Shown here one piece after another: positions 19,841 through 28,227 of a DNA stretch of 45,046 nucleotides. Below the pieces are notes generated by a model. The model was not told where the DNA came from, did no database searches, and was given only the letters and a program-made list of their open reading frames with translations. This DNA is from an uncultured Bacillota bacterium (GTDB lineage: Bacteria; Bacillota; Clostridia; Peptostreptococcales; Anaerovoracaceae): NCBI GenBank assembly GCA_946545145.1, contig CAMNNG010000001.1:1-45046 (forward strand), given 5' to 3'. The position numbers and the translations under genes were made by a program. Each line of letters opens with the position of its first letter. The stretch's first letter is position 1.

Positions 19841-20512
19841 CTATACCTGAACGAGTTTTACTTCCATGATGTTTTCCTGATCCCTGATCTTGTCGAGGAC
19901 GTCCGCCGGTATCTTCTCGTCGGACTCGACGACGGTATAGGCCGTCGTTCCCTTGTCCTCGCGGAACAGATTCATGAAGGCGATGTTGACGTTCGCCTCG
20001 GCAAGGCAGCTTGTGATGTGCGCCGCGACGCCGGGCCTGTCGTTCTGACGGACGATGAGAGCGCTATACTCTCCCGTGAAGTCGACATCTATGTTGTTGA
20101 ACCGGGTAAGCTTGATCTTTCCGCCGCCGACGGACACTCCGCGAACGCTGAGCGTATAGCCGTCTTCGTCTATCATCAGGATATCGGCCGTGTTGGAATG
20201 CGGCGTCTCGGTCTCATCGTCTTCGATGAAGCGGAAATCGAGGCCTTCTTCCTCGGCTATCCTGAATGAATCTCTTATCCTCATATCATCGGGCCTGAAT
20301 CCGAGCATGCCGCCGAGCAGCGCCTTGTCGGTGCCGTGACCCTTGTATGTTTTCGCGAATGATCCGTAAAGCGTGAAGCTTACTTTAGCCGGAGTCTTGT
20401 CTCCGAAAAGTTTTCTTGCCAGCAGGGCCATGGCGGCCGCTCCGGCTGTGTGTGAACTGGACGGTCCTATCATGTTCGGACCGATCACATCGAATGCGCT
20501 TATGAACTCCAT
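19841..20512 (-). CDS. sdaAB: L-serine dehydratase, beta subunit (with C-terminal ACT domain)
   Basis: N-terminal IGPSSSHTAG motif in a 223-aa protein. GGAGG precedes the ATG. Confidence 0.9.
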   Translation of the reverse strand: MEFISAFDVIGPNMIGPSSSHTAGAAAMALLARKLFGDKTPAKVSFTLYGSFAKTYKGHGTDKALLGGMLGFRPDDMRIRDSFRIAEEEGLDFRFIEDDETETPHSNTADILMIDEDGYTLSVRGVSVGGGKIKLTRFNNIDVDFTGEYSALIVRQNDRPGVAAHITSCLAEANVNIAFMNLFREDKGTTAYTVVESDEKIPADVLDKIRDQENIMEVKLVQV

Positions 20513-20521
20513 AGTGCACCT

Positions 20522-20550
20522 CCTCTGATATTATCCTATCATATCAGAGG
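20522..20550 (-). promoter_or_regulatory. Hairpin/palindrome overlapping the sdaAB Shine-Dalgarno
   Basis: 10-bp arms CCTCTGATAT (20522-20531) / ATATCAGAGG (20541-20550). In the minus-strand mRNA the 3' arm ends in GAGG, which runs into the SD GAGGAGG; the 5' arm supplies CCUCU. Confidence 0.45.
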
Positions 20551-20794
20551 TGAATGGGGTATACGGATATTGAGTATATGTTTATCGAAAACCGCATGTT
20601 GACAAATGATGATGGTTGTTGAGCGAAGCTGATGCAAAAAAATACGTAAATATGAAAAAATATAAATAAATTGCTGGAACTTTGCTCTCTATGGTGATAT
20701 AGTAATACCCACTTGAAGCAGACATGCGCCGGCGCGGGCATGTTCGGCAGAGAAAAATGAAAGGAAATGAATTGGATCAAGGAGGATTTCAAAA

Positions 20795-21796
20795 ATGGCA
20801 GTAGATCTGAAAGGAAGAAGTTTTCTCACACTGATGGATTTCACTCCCGAAGAGATAAGATACATGCTCGATCTGGCGGCAGAGCTGAAGGCAAAGAAAA
20901 AGCAGGGCATTCTGGGTGATTCGCTCAAAGGAAAGAACATAGCTCTCATCTTCGAGAAGACATCGTCGAGGACAAGGAGCTCATTCGAAGTCGGAGCGCA
21001 CGACGAGGGAGCTCACGTCACATTCATAGACCCGAACAGCTCGCAGTTCGGAAAGAAGGAGTCGGTCGAAGACTCGGCAAAGGTATTCGGAAGATTCTTC
21101 GACGGCATCGAGTACAGAGGATACAGCCAGAAGACTGTCGAAGACCTCGCTAAGTATTCGGGCGTTCCGGTATGGAACGGCCTTACTGATGATGACCACC
21201 CGACACAGATCCTCTGCGACATGCTGACGATAGAGGAGCACATAGACAAGCCGCTGAAGGACGTCAAAGTCGTATTCTGCGGAGACATCAGAAACAACAT
21301 GAGCTATGCATGGATGTACGGCTGCGCGAAGATGGGAATGCACTTCGTCGCTTACGGCCCGAAGGTGCTGGCTGACGAGATCCCGGCTGAGATACTCGAA
21401 AAGGTCGACGCGGTCGCAAAAGAGACTGGCGCTGTCATAGAAGTATCCGACGATGTAGAGAGCATCAAGGGCGCAGACGTTCTCTACACTGACATCTGGG
21501 CATCGATGGGTGAAGAGGATCAGATCCCCGAGAGAGTCAAGATCCTTACACCGTACAAGATCACTATGGAGCTTCTCGAAAAGACGGGAAATCCGGATGT
21601 CAAGTTCATGCACTGCCTGCCGGCATTCCATGACTTCGAGACAAAGCTCGCGAAAGAGCAGATGGAGCTCGGCTACGACATCAGAGAGGTCACTGACGAG
21701 GTATTCAGAAGCGAGCACAGCATCGTATTCGATGAGGCTGAAAACAGGATGCACACGATCAAGGCCGTCATGGTCGCAACGCTCGGCAACATCTGA
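20795..21796 (+). CDS. argF: Ornithine carbamoyltransferase
   Basis: Carbamoyl-phosphate motif [20 protein letters not shown] and HCLPAFH, in a 333-aa protein. The anabolic versus catabolic role cannot be decided from context. Confidence 0.88.
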   Translation: MAVDLKGRSFLTLMDFTPEEIRYMLDLAAELKAKKKQGILGDSLKGKNIALIFEKTSSRTRSSFEVGAHDEGAHVTFIDPNSSQFGKKESVEDSAKVFGRFFDGIEYRGYSQKTVEDLAKYSGVPVWNGLTDDDHPTQILCDMLTIEEHIDKPLKDVKVVFCGDIRNNMSYAWMYGCAKMGMHFVAYGPKVLADEIPAEILEKVDAVAKETGAVIEVSDDVESIKGADVLYTDIWASMGEEDQIPERVKILTPYKITMELLEKTGNPDVKFMHCLPAFHDFETKLAKEQMELGYDIREVTDEVFRSEHSIVFDEAENRMHTIKAVMVATLGNI

Positions 21797-21837
21797 TCAG
21801 GCATACCTGAAGGCTTAGGCGCTGTTTTGAAATGACT

Positions 21838-21865
21838 GGACGCTTCTACGGAAGCGTCCTTTTTG
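21838..21865 (+). terminator. Intrinsic terminator after argF
   Basis: 9-bp stem GGACGCTTC / GAAGCGTCC, loop TACG, then TTTTT. Confidence 0.85.
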
Positions 21866-21985
21866 ATGTGCGGCCTGCGGCGTGCAGTAAGCGAAGGCGT
21901 CGCATCTTCATACTCATAGACTAGGACCTGGGACTGTAAGATGACGTATCTGACAAAAGGCGCGCAAAATTGTCAGAAAAAAATA

Positions 21986-22014
21986 TTGACACCGGTTTTG
22001 TTGTAATATATAAT
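21986..22014 (+). promoter_or_regulatory. carD promoter P1 (consensus)
   Basis: TTGACA (21986-21991), 17-nt spacer, TATAAT (22009-22014). Confidence 0.7.
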
Positions 22015-22031
22015 CATTGTTTTCCATCGCC

Positions 22032-22060
22032 TTGACTGTATGCGCAAATTAGCGTATACT
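22032..22060 (+). promoter_or_regulatory. carD promoter P2
   Basis: TTGACT (22032-22037), 17-nt spacer, TATACT (22055-22060). Confidence 0.65.
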
Positions 22061-22114
22061 ATCAGTTAGGTATGGGTAAAATGCAGGTAGTCTGCCCCAG
22101 CCAGGGAGGAAAGT

Positions 22115-22588
22115 ATGTATAATATCGGCGACAAAATAGTATATCCGATGCACGGAGCCGGTGTCATCAACGAGATCGAAGAAAGGGAGATCCTGGGCGA
22201 ACTCAGGAAGTATTATATTCTCAATATGCCTCACGGCGATATGAAGATAATGATCCCCGTCGACAAGTGTGAAGAGATCGGCGTCAGGACGATAATCAAT
22301 GAAGAGCAGGTTAAGGACGTGCTTGAGATCCTCGGTGCCGAGTCAACGCCCATGCCAAACAACTGGAACCATCGCAACCGCGAGAATATGGAAAAAATCA
22401 AGACCGGAAAGATCGAAGAGGTCGCGGGCGTTGTCAGGAACCTTACGAGAGTCGAACACGTCAAGAATCTGTCAACAGGTGAAAAGAAGATGCTCACCAA
22501 CGCCAGACATATCCTTGTCAGCGAGATAGTACTCGCGACAGGAAAGTCCAGCGAAGAAGTCGAGGCGATGATCGAAGAGGCTATCTAG
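22115..22588 (+). CDS. carD: CarD/CdnL-family RNA polymerase-binding transcription factor
   Basis: N-terminal GDKIVYPMHGAGVI...YYIL block typical of CarD_CdnL_TRCF, in a 157-aa protein. Confidence 0.9.
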   Translation: MYNIGDKIVYPMHGAGVINEIEEREILGELRKYYILNMPHGDMKIMIPVDKCEEIGVRTIINEEQVKDVLEILGAESTPMPNNWNHRNRENMEKIKTGKIEEVAGVVRNLTRVEHVKNLSTGEKKMLTNARHILVSEIVLATGKSSEEVEAMIEEAI

Positions 22589-22660
22589 AGTACTTGGCCT
22601 CTTTGTGCGCTTTGATTTCGCATATATCAAAATCTTAAAAGAAAGGGGGTGAAAAAAGGA

Positions 22661-23776
22661 ATGTTCAAGAAAATGCTGCGAGCGGCGATATCGCTGATCG
22701 GTGCTATTATTGGGTACGGCGCTTTCCAGTTGACGAAGTACATGCTTATTCAGTCAAAGGTCGTTGAGGCCGGATGGTTCTCACCATGGAAGCAGATCGT
22801 ACTTTCTTTTTTATTCGTAATCATATTCTTCGTTATATTTTTTATGCTGGCACCGTCATTCACGAGAAGGAGCCGCAAAGTCACCAGGAATATCGAGGAC
22901 GACCTTCAGGGATTTTCGACGAACGACCTCGTCGCAGGTACGGGCGGTCTTGTCGTCGGCCTTATCATAGCGTTCCTCGTCAGCAACATATACGGCTTCA
23001 TCAATATACCGTATGTATCCCTCGGTCTTACGATCGTGACATACTTCGTATTCGGATACCTTGGAGTCATCATAGCAACGAGGAAGAGCAAGGATCTGTT
23101 CAACATATTTATCAGGGAGACGCGTGACAGACGTCAGGGGACCGGAAAGAGATCCAGGCAAAAGCAGACAGAATCCAAGCCGAAGATCCTCGACACGAGC
23201 GTCATCATAGACGGAAGAGTATACGATATCATGAAGACGGGATTCATCGAAGGACCGATCGTGATACCGGATTTCGTGCTGGTCGAACTCAGGCACATAG
23301 CCGATTCATCCGACAGCATGAAGAGAAAGCGCGGACGCCGCGGGCTGGATGTCCTCAATGATATCCAGGACCGCTTCGGAGTAGACATATATGATACGGC
23401 GGGCGAAAAGTCTCTCAAGGAGATCCCCGAGGTCGATGTCAAACTGCTCAAACTTGCCCAGATCATGAACGGCAAGGTCGTGACGAACGACTTCAACCTC
23501 AACAAGGTCGCCGGCATCAACAACGTTGAAGTACTGAATATCAACGAACTCGCGAACACGCTCAAGCCGGTAGTGCTTCCGGGAGAGAGCATGCAGCTCT
23601 TCCTCGTCAAAGAAGGAAAAGAGCACGACCAGGGTGTTGCGTATCTCGACGACGGTACTATGATAGTAGTCGAGGGCGGAAAGAAGTTCATCGGAAAGAC
23701 AGTGGACATCACGGTAACGAGCGTGCTTCAGACGTCTGCCGGAAGGATGATATTCGGAAAGCCGAAGACAAGATAG
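22661..23776 (+). CDS. yacL: Membrane-anchored PIN/TRAM-domain protein (YacL-like)
   Basis: Four N-terminal TM helices, a PIN domain (KILDTSVIIDGR...) and a C-terminal TRAM domain. ATG 22661 lies 9 nt after GGGGGTG; the track start is a GTG inside the SD. Confidence 0.85.
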   Translation: MFKKMLRAAISLIGAIIGYGAFQLTKYMLIQSKVVEAGWFSPWKQIVLSFLFVIIFFVIFFMLAPSFTRRSRKVTRNIEDDLQGFSTNDLVAGTGGLVVGLIIAFLVSNIYGFINIPYVSLGLTIVTYFVFGYLGVIIATRKSKDLFNIFIRETRDRRQGTGKRSRQKQTESKPKILDTSVIIDGRVYDIMKTGFIEGPIVIPDFVLVELRHIADSSDSMKRKRGRRGLDVLNDIQDRFGVDIYDTAGEKSLKEIPEVDVKLLKLAQIMNGKVVTNDFNLNKVAGINNVEVLNINELANTLKPVVLPGESMQLFLVKEGKEHDQGVAYLDDGTMIVVEGGKKFIGKTVDITVTSVLQTSAGRMIFGKPKTR

Positions 23777-23795
23777 AAAAGGATTACGAACAGAT

Positions 23796-24281
23796 ATGCT
23801 GCAAAGGATAGGAAGCGGATTCGACGTCCACAGATTTGAGGCCGGAAGGAAGATGATCCTCGGAGGCGTCGAGATACCTTTCGAAAAGGGGCTCAAGGGC
23901 CATTCCGATGCCGATGTCGTTCTCCACGCCGTAATGGACTCGCTGCTCGGCGCGGCGGGGCTCGGCGACATAGGAGAGCACTTCCCTGATACAGATGAAA
24001 AGTACAGGGGGATATCGTCCATGAAACTTCTCGAAGAAGTCGTCAGGATGATATCGGCAGAAGGATTCACGATCGAAAACATCGATGTCACGGTGATATG
24101 CGAGGCGCCTAAGATCAGGCCGCACGCCGGGGCGATGAAGGAAAAGATCAGATCCGCCTGCGGAGACATCGCCGTCAACATCAAGGGAACGACCACGGAG
24201 GGCCTCGGATTCACAGGAAGAAAAGAGGGGATAGCGTGTCACAGCGTCTGTCTTCTGTCAAAAGCAGATAAAGAAGTATAA
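23796..24281 (+). CDS. ispF: 2-C-methyl-D-erythritol 2,4-cyclodiphosphate synthase
   Basis: GFDVHRF and GHSDADVVLHA motifs in a 161-aa protein. Confidence 0.95.
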   Translation: MLQRIGSGFDVHRFEAGRKMILGGVEIPFEKGLKGHSDADVVLHAVMDSLLGAAGLGDIGEHFPDTDEKYRGISSMKLLEEVVRMISAEGFTIENIDVTVICEAPKIRPHAGAMKEKIRSACGDIAVNIKGTTTEGLGFTGRKEGIACHSVCLLSKADKEV

Positions 24282-24307
24282 TTTGAAAGTAAGGAGAACC
24301 AGCAAAA

Positions 24308-26035
24308 ATGAAGCTATCTAAAATGCACTTGAAAACACTCAGGGAAGCACCAAACGAAGCTGTGCTTCCCAGCCACATACTTCTGCTGAGGAGCGGGATG
24401 ATCAGAAAACTGGCATCCGGCATCTACGGCTACATGCATCTCGGTTACAGATCGATCAGAAAGATCGAGCAGATAATCAGAGAAGAGATGGACGGTATAG
24501 GCGGTCAGGAGATCCTGATGAGCGCCGTCCAGCCGGCTGAGCTGTGGCAGGATTCCGGAAGATGGTTCGATTACGGTCCCGAACTGTGGAGAGTCAAGGA
24601 CAGAAAAGGCGCTGACTTCTGCCTCGGACCAACTCATGAAGAGGTGTTCACCGACATCATGAGAACAGACGTGACGAGTCACAAACAGCTGCCTGTATCC
24701 CTCTATCAGATACAGACGAAGTACCGTGATGAGGTCAGACCGCGTTTCGGACTCATGAGGAGCAGGGAGTTCATAATGAAGGACGCTTACTCCTTCGACC
24801 TCGATGAAGAGGGACTCGACAAGAGCTACAACGATATGTACGGCGCATATGACAGGATATTCACACGCTGCGGACTCGACTTCAGACCGGTAGAGGCTGA
24901 CAACGGAGCCATCGGAGGCAGCGGTTCTCACGAGTTCACCGCTCTTTCGGAGTACGGCGAGAGCGAGATAGCTTACTGCACAGAGTGCGATATGGCGGCG
25001 ACAGTCGAAAGCGCTGACTGCGTTGACGACCCGGCATCGGATGAAGAGATGCTCGCCATCGAGAAGGTGCACACACCGGGAACGAAGACGATCGAAGAGG
25101 TCGCTGACTTCCTCGGACTCGATAAAAAGCAGACGATCAAGGCTCTGCTGTTCGAGACTTATGACGAGCTCGGACAGAGGAACGGATTCGTAGCGGCCTT
25201 CGTCCGCGGCGACAGAGACTGCAACATGATCAAGCTGGTCAACGCCCTCGATATACCTGAGCACGCTATCGCATTCGCTGATGAAGATGCGATGAGCCTG
25301 GCTACGGGCTGCGTCGGCGGATTCACAGGTCCGGTAGGACTGCACGACTGCAAGATCGTCGTCGACAGCGAGCTCGTTGGCATGAAGAACCTCTGCGCCG
25401 GAGCATGCGAAGTCGACCACCACATGATCAACGTCAACTACGGACGCGATTATGAAGGCGACATCGTGGCGGACATCAAGGTCCTCAAGGAAGGCGACAA
25501 GTGCCCGTGCTGCGGAGCTCCGGTCAAGCACACGAGAGGTATCGAGGTCGGACAGGTATTCAAGCTCGGAACGAAGTATTCGGAGAGCATGGGTGCTTAC
25601 TACAAGGATGAGAACCAGCAGACAAAACCGATCGTTATGGGCTGCTACGGTATAGGAGTCGGAAGAACGATGCAGGCCGTCGTAGAGCAGCATCACGACG
25701 ACAAGGGCATCATCTGGCCGATGAGCGTTGCGCCGTACCACGTCATCGTTACCATCGTCAAGATGAACGATGAGGAGCAGGTCAGCATCGCAGAGTCGAT
25801 CTACGAGAGACTGCAGGCTGCCGGAGTCGAGGTAATGCTCGACGACCGTAAGGAAAGAGCTGGCGTCAAGTTCAACGACGCCGACCTTCTCGGCATCCCG
25901 ATCAGGATCACTGTCGGAAGAGACGCGGCACAGGGAAGCGTTGAGTACAAGCTCCGCCGCGATGCGGACAGCGAGCTGATCGCTATAGACGAAGCAGTTG
26001 AAAGAGCAATAAAGACAGTTAACGAAGAGAAATGA
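24308..26035 (+). CDS. proS: Proline-tRNA ligase (bacterial type with INS editing domain)
   Basis: 575-aa class II aaRS layout with an inserted editing domain, motif-3 region GCYGIGVGR and a C-terminal anticodon-binding domain. Confidence 0.95.
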   Translation: MKLSKMHLKTLREAPNEAVLPSHILLLRSGMIRKLASGIYGYMHLGYRSIRKIEQIIREEMDGIGGQEILMSAVQPAELWQDSGRWFDYGPELWRVKDRKGADFCLGPTHEEVFTDIMRTDVTSHKQLPVSLYQIQTKYRDEVRPRFGLMRSREFIMKDAYSFDLDEEGLDKSYNDMYGAYDRIFTRCGLDFRPVEADNGAIGGSGSHEFTALSEYGESEIAYCTECDMAATVESADCVDDPASDEEMLAIEKVHTPGTKTIEEVADFLGLDKKQTIKALLFETYDELGQRNGFVAAFVRGDRDCNMIKLVNALDIPEHAIAFADEDAMSLATGCVGGFTGPVGLHDCKIVVDSELVGMKNLCAGACEVDHHMINVNYGRDYEGDIVADIKVLKEGDKCPCCGAPVKHTRGIEVGQVFKLGTKYSESMGAYYKDENQQTKPIVMGCYGIGVGRTMQAVVEQHHDDKGIIWPMSVAPYHVIVTIVKMNDEEQVSIAESIYERLQAAGVEVMLDDRKERAGVKFNDADLLGIPIRITVGRDAAQGSVEYKLRRDADSELIAIDEAVERAIKTVNEEK

Positions 26036-26628
26036 CACAAAAGGGCACACCAAGGGAATTATGGAAAATGTTCATCGCGTTTTTCAAAATGGGCCTGTTC
26101 ACCATAGGCGGCGGACTGGCCATGATACCCTTGATGCAAAAGTTTGCTGTCGATGATCAGAAATGGCTGACGGAAGAGGAGATGGTGGACTGTATAGCTA
26201 TCAGCTATTCAGTCCCCGGAGTCGTGGCTATCAACGCCGCGACCTTCATCGGGAAGAAAAAGTTCGGTATGACGGGGGCCGTCATAGCGACTCTCGGTGT
26301 GACCCTTCCGTCTCTTTTTTGTATAATCGCGATCGTTCTCTTCCTCGGGCAGATAGAGAACAACAAGTATGTGCAGGGCGCCTTCGTCGGTCTGACGGCT
26401 GCTGCGTGCGGCCTTATCGCGAACGCCATGGTGAGGCTGGCCGGCCAGTCGATCAGGAATGTGTTCGGCTGGATAGTCGCGGCTGCGTCGTTCGCAGCCA
26501 TAACGCTGTTTAACGTCAATGCCATACTCGTTATCCTGTGCGCCGCAGTAAGCGGATACGCATACATGATGATCGCTCCTGAGAAGGCCCTTCCTGAGAA
26601 AAAGAATGAAGAGGAGGATGAGAAATGA
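26032..26628 (+). CDS. Chromate transporter family protein (short CHR, first of pair)
   Basis: FKMGLFTIGGGLAMIPL motif in a hydrophobic 198-aa protein. It has 4-nt overlaps with proS and with the partner gene. Confidence 0.85.
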   Translation: MTQKGTPRELWKMFIAFFKMGLFTIGGGLAMIPLMQKFAVDDQKWLTEEEMVDCIAISYSVPGVVAINAATFIGKKKFGMTGAVIATLGVTLPSLFCIIAIVLFLGQIENNKYVQGAFVGLTAAACGLIANAMVRLAGQSIRNVFGWIVAAASFAAITLFNVNAILVILCAAVSGYAYMMIAPEKALPEKKNEEEDEK

Positions 26629-27206
26629 CTGTCCTCCTGAATCTTTTCATATCATTTTTCAAAGTTGGAGCTTTCGCCTTCGGAGGCGGCATGGCGATGC
26701 TTCCGATCATCTTCCAGGAAGTCGAAAGATACGGGATGATGTCGAAGACTGAATTTGCCCGCCTCGTAGCCCTTTCGCAGGTGACGCCGGGGCCGGTCGC
26801 GGTCAACGCGGCGACGTATACCGGCATGATCTATTCGGGCATCCCGGGAGCGGTAGTGGCGACTTTTGGTGTTGCTCTGCCCTCGTTTGCGGTTATAATA
26901 ATCGTAATGAAGTTCATGGAAGCCTTCAAGCAGAGCAAAGGTCTCGAAGGCGTCCTCAGCGGCATAAGGCCCGCTACCGTAGGGCTGATAGCTGCTGCCT
27001 TCATATATATTGCGCAGACCTCGATAGTGGATGGAGAGATATTCTCGATGAGCTTCCTTAAGGGGTTCCCGCATAATATAGACATATTTTCATTTTGTGT
27101 ATTTTTGGCGACGATAGTGCTCGCAGGAAAGTTCAAGGTCGGACCGATCAAGCTGATACTGCTGAGCGGCGTCTGTGGAGCGTTGATATGTGGACTGGCG
27201 GCGTAA
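26625..27206 (+). CDS. Chromate transporter family protein (short CHR, second of pair)
   Basis: FKVGAFAFGGGMAMLPI motif in a hydrophobic 193-aa protein. Confidence 0.85.
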   Translation: MTVLLNLFISFFKVGAFAFGGGMAMLPIIFQEVERYGMMSKTEFARLVALSQVTPGPVAVNAATYTGMIYSGIPGAVVATFGVALPSFAVIIIVMKFMEAFKQSKGLEGVLSGIRPATVGLIAAAFIYIAQTSIVDGEIFSMSFLKGFPHNIDIFSFCVFLATIVLAGKFKVGPIKLILLSGVCGALICGLAA

Positions 27207-27673
27207 GGGTGATACTGCCCGATGAAGACGGAAAGATACTGATGGTGCATCAATGCCATCCTGAAAGAGATATTTGGCTGGCTCCCGGCGGCGGGACCGA
27301 AGACGGAGAGCTCTCCGTCGAGGCTGCCGTGCGCGAAGTCAGAGAGGAGACGGGACTTGAGATCCACGTCGAAAGGATGCTCTGGCATGTGGAGCAGATC
27401 AAGGATAACGGTGAGCAGCGCTTCGTCGACTTCTTCCTCGGAAAAGTCACGGGCGGGACTTTAGGACTTGGATCTGATCCTGAGTTCTCAGAAGAAAACC
27501 AGGTGATGACTGAACTAAAGTATATGACGATAGAAGAGATGGCCGGCATGGACAACGTCTATCCGGAGTTCCTGGCTGATGAATTAAGAAGGCTGAGGGA
27601 GCCCGGAAGCACGATCAAAGATCCGTACAGGGTCAGAGTAGATGCAGGCCCGGCAAGCGTGAAAGTTAAATAG
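27188..27673 (+). CDS. NUDIX hydrolase
   Basis: Nudix box GGGTEDGELSVEAAVREVREETGL. GGAG lies 7 nt before ATG 27188. The gene overlaps the upstream CHR gene by 19 nt. Confidence 0.85.
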   Translation: MWTGGVRVILPDEDGKILMVHQCHPERDIWLAPGGGTEDGELSVEAAVREVREETGLEIHVERMLWHVEQIKDNGEQRFVDFFLGKVTGGTLGLGSDPEFSEENQVMTELKYMTIEEMAGMDNVYPEFLADELRRLREPGSTIKDPYRVRVDAGPASVKVK

Positions 27674-27689
27674 AAAAAGGAGAATGACA

Positions 27690-28172
27690 ATGAAAAAATT
27701 TGTGATCGAAATGGAAAACGGCGGAAAGATGACGGGAGAACTGTATCCGGACAAGGCTCCGAAGACAGTCGACAACTTCGTAGACCTCTGCGAAAAGGGT
27801 TTTTATGACGGCCTTATCTTCCACCGCGTCATCCCCGGATTCATGATCCAGGGCGGATGCCCGAACGGAAACGGCATGGGCGGCCCGGGATACAGCATCG
27901 AGGGTGAATTCCGCTCGAACGGATTCGACAACGACCTCAAGCACACGAGAGGTGTCCTCTCGATGGCAAGAGCAATGAATCCGAACTCGGCCGGATCGCA
28001 GTTTTTTGTAATGGTAGCAGATGCGCCTCATCTCGACGGTGACTACGCCGCTTTCGGGATGGTCACGGACGGAATGGAAACGGCTGATGAGATCGTGAAC
28101 ACCCCGACGGGCTTCAACGACAAACCGCTCGAAGATCAGGTGATCAAAACTATAACGATCATCGAAGAATGA
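27690..28172 (+). CDS. ppiB: Peptidyl-prolyl cis-trans isomerase, cyclophilin type
   Basis: FHRVIPGFMIQGG and SMARA...NSAGSQFF motifs. AAGGAG lies 7 nt before ATG 27690. Confidence 0.92.
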   Translation: MKKFVIEMENGGKMTGELYPDKAPKTVDNFVDLCEKGFYDGLIFHRVIPGFMIQGGCPNGNGMGGPGYSIEGEFRSNGFDNDLKHTRGVLSMARAMNPNSAGSQFFVMVADAPHLDGDYAAFGMVTDGMETADEIVNTPTGFNDKPLEDQVIKTITIIEE

Positions 28173-28227
28173 AAACAGCAGTGATCAGATAAGACAGACA
28201 ACAGCAGCGCTAGGAGGTAAGAGAAAT

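Noticed and set aside
20651-20668. ARG-box-like sequence TATGAAAAAATATAAATA upstream of argF. It matches most positions of the E. coli-type consensus TNTGAATWWWWATTCANW.
   Set aside because: Only a single box is present. It mismatches at the informative T7, T14 and C15 positions and sits in very AT-rich DNA where such matches arise by chance. It also lies upstream of, rather than over, the likely -10 (TATAGT 20698-20703).
20544-20792. 82-aa minus-strand ORF filling the whole AT-rich sdaAB-argF spacer.
   Set aside because: Its TTG start is embedded in the complement of the argF SD and it has no RBS of its own. The product is hydrophobic low-complexity sequence typical of translated AT-rich DNA, and it would run through the sdaAB promoter and leader region.
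21866-21948. The unassigned stretch of about 80 nt between the argF terminator and the carD upstream palindrome could be a small RNA or a 17-codon ORF (MCGLRRAVSEGVASSYS).
   Set aside because: It has no promoter or terminator pair bracketing it, the mini-ORF has no SD, and only weak 6-7 bp stems are present. There is nothing to support a call.
24282-24307. I looked for T-box or riboswitch leaders upstream of proS, lysC (6126-6251) and serA/serC.
   Set aside because: The proS spacer is only 26 nt. The lysC leader (about 65 nt after the candidate -10) and the serA/serC spacer are too short and lack T-box (AGAGA, GNUGGNA) or lysine-riboswitch features.
24314-26053. 579-aa minus-strand ORF covering all of proS. 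It is tempting as an overlapping gene, or as a Rodin-Ohno style antisense partner of a class II aaRS.
   Set aside because: It is codon-aligned with proS and ends exactly at the single in-frame CTA (proS codon 3). Its existence follows from the absence of TTA/CTA/TCA codons. It has no SD, its composition is dominated by R/L/S/D/V, and the same phenomenon occurs opposite nearly every gene here.
26032-27206. The two half-size chromate-transporter ORFs could be one frameshifted pseudogene.
   Set aside because: Each half begins with its own conserved FK(M/V)G..(T/A)(I/F)GGG motif and the two overlap by ATGA. Paired short CHR genes are the normal arrangement for this family.
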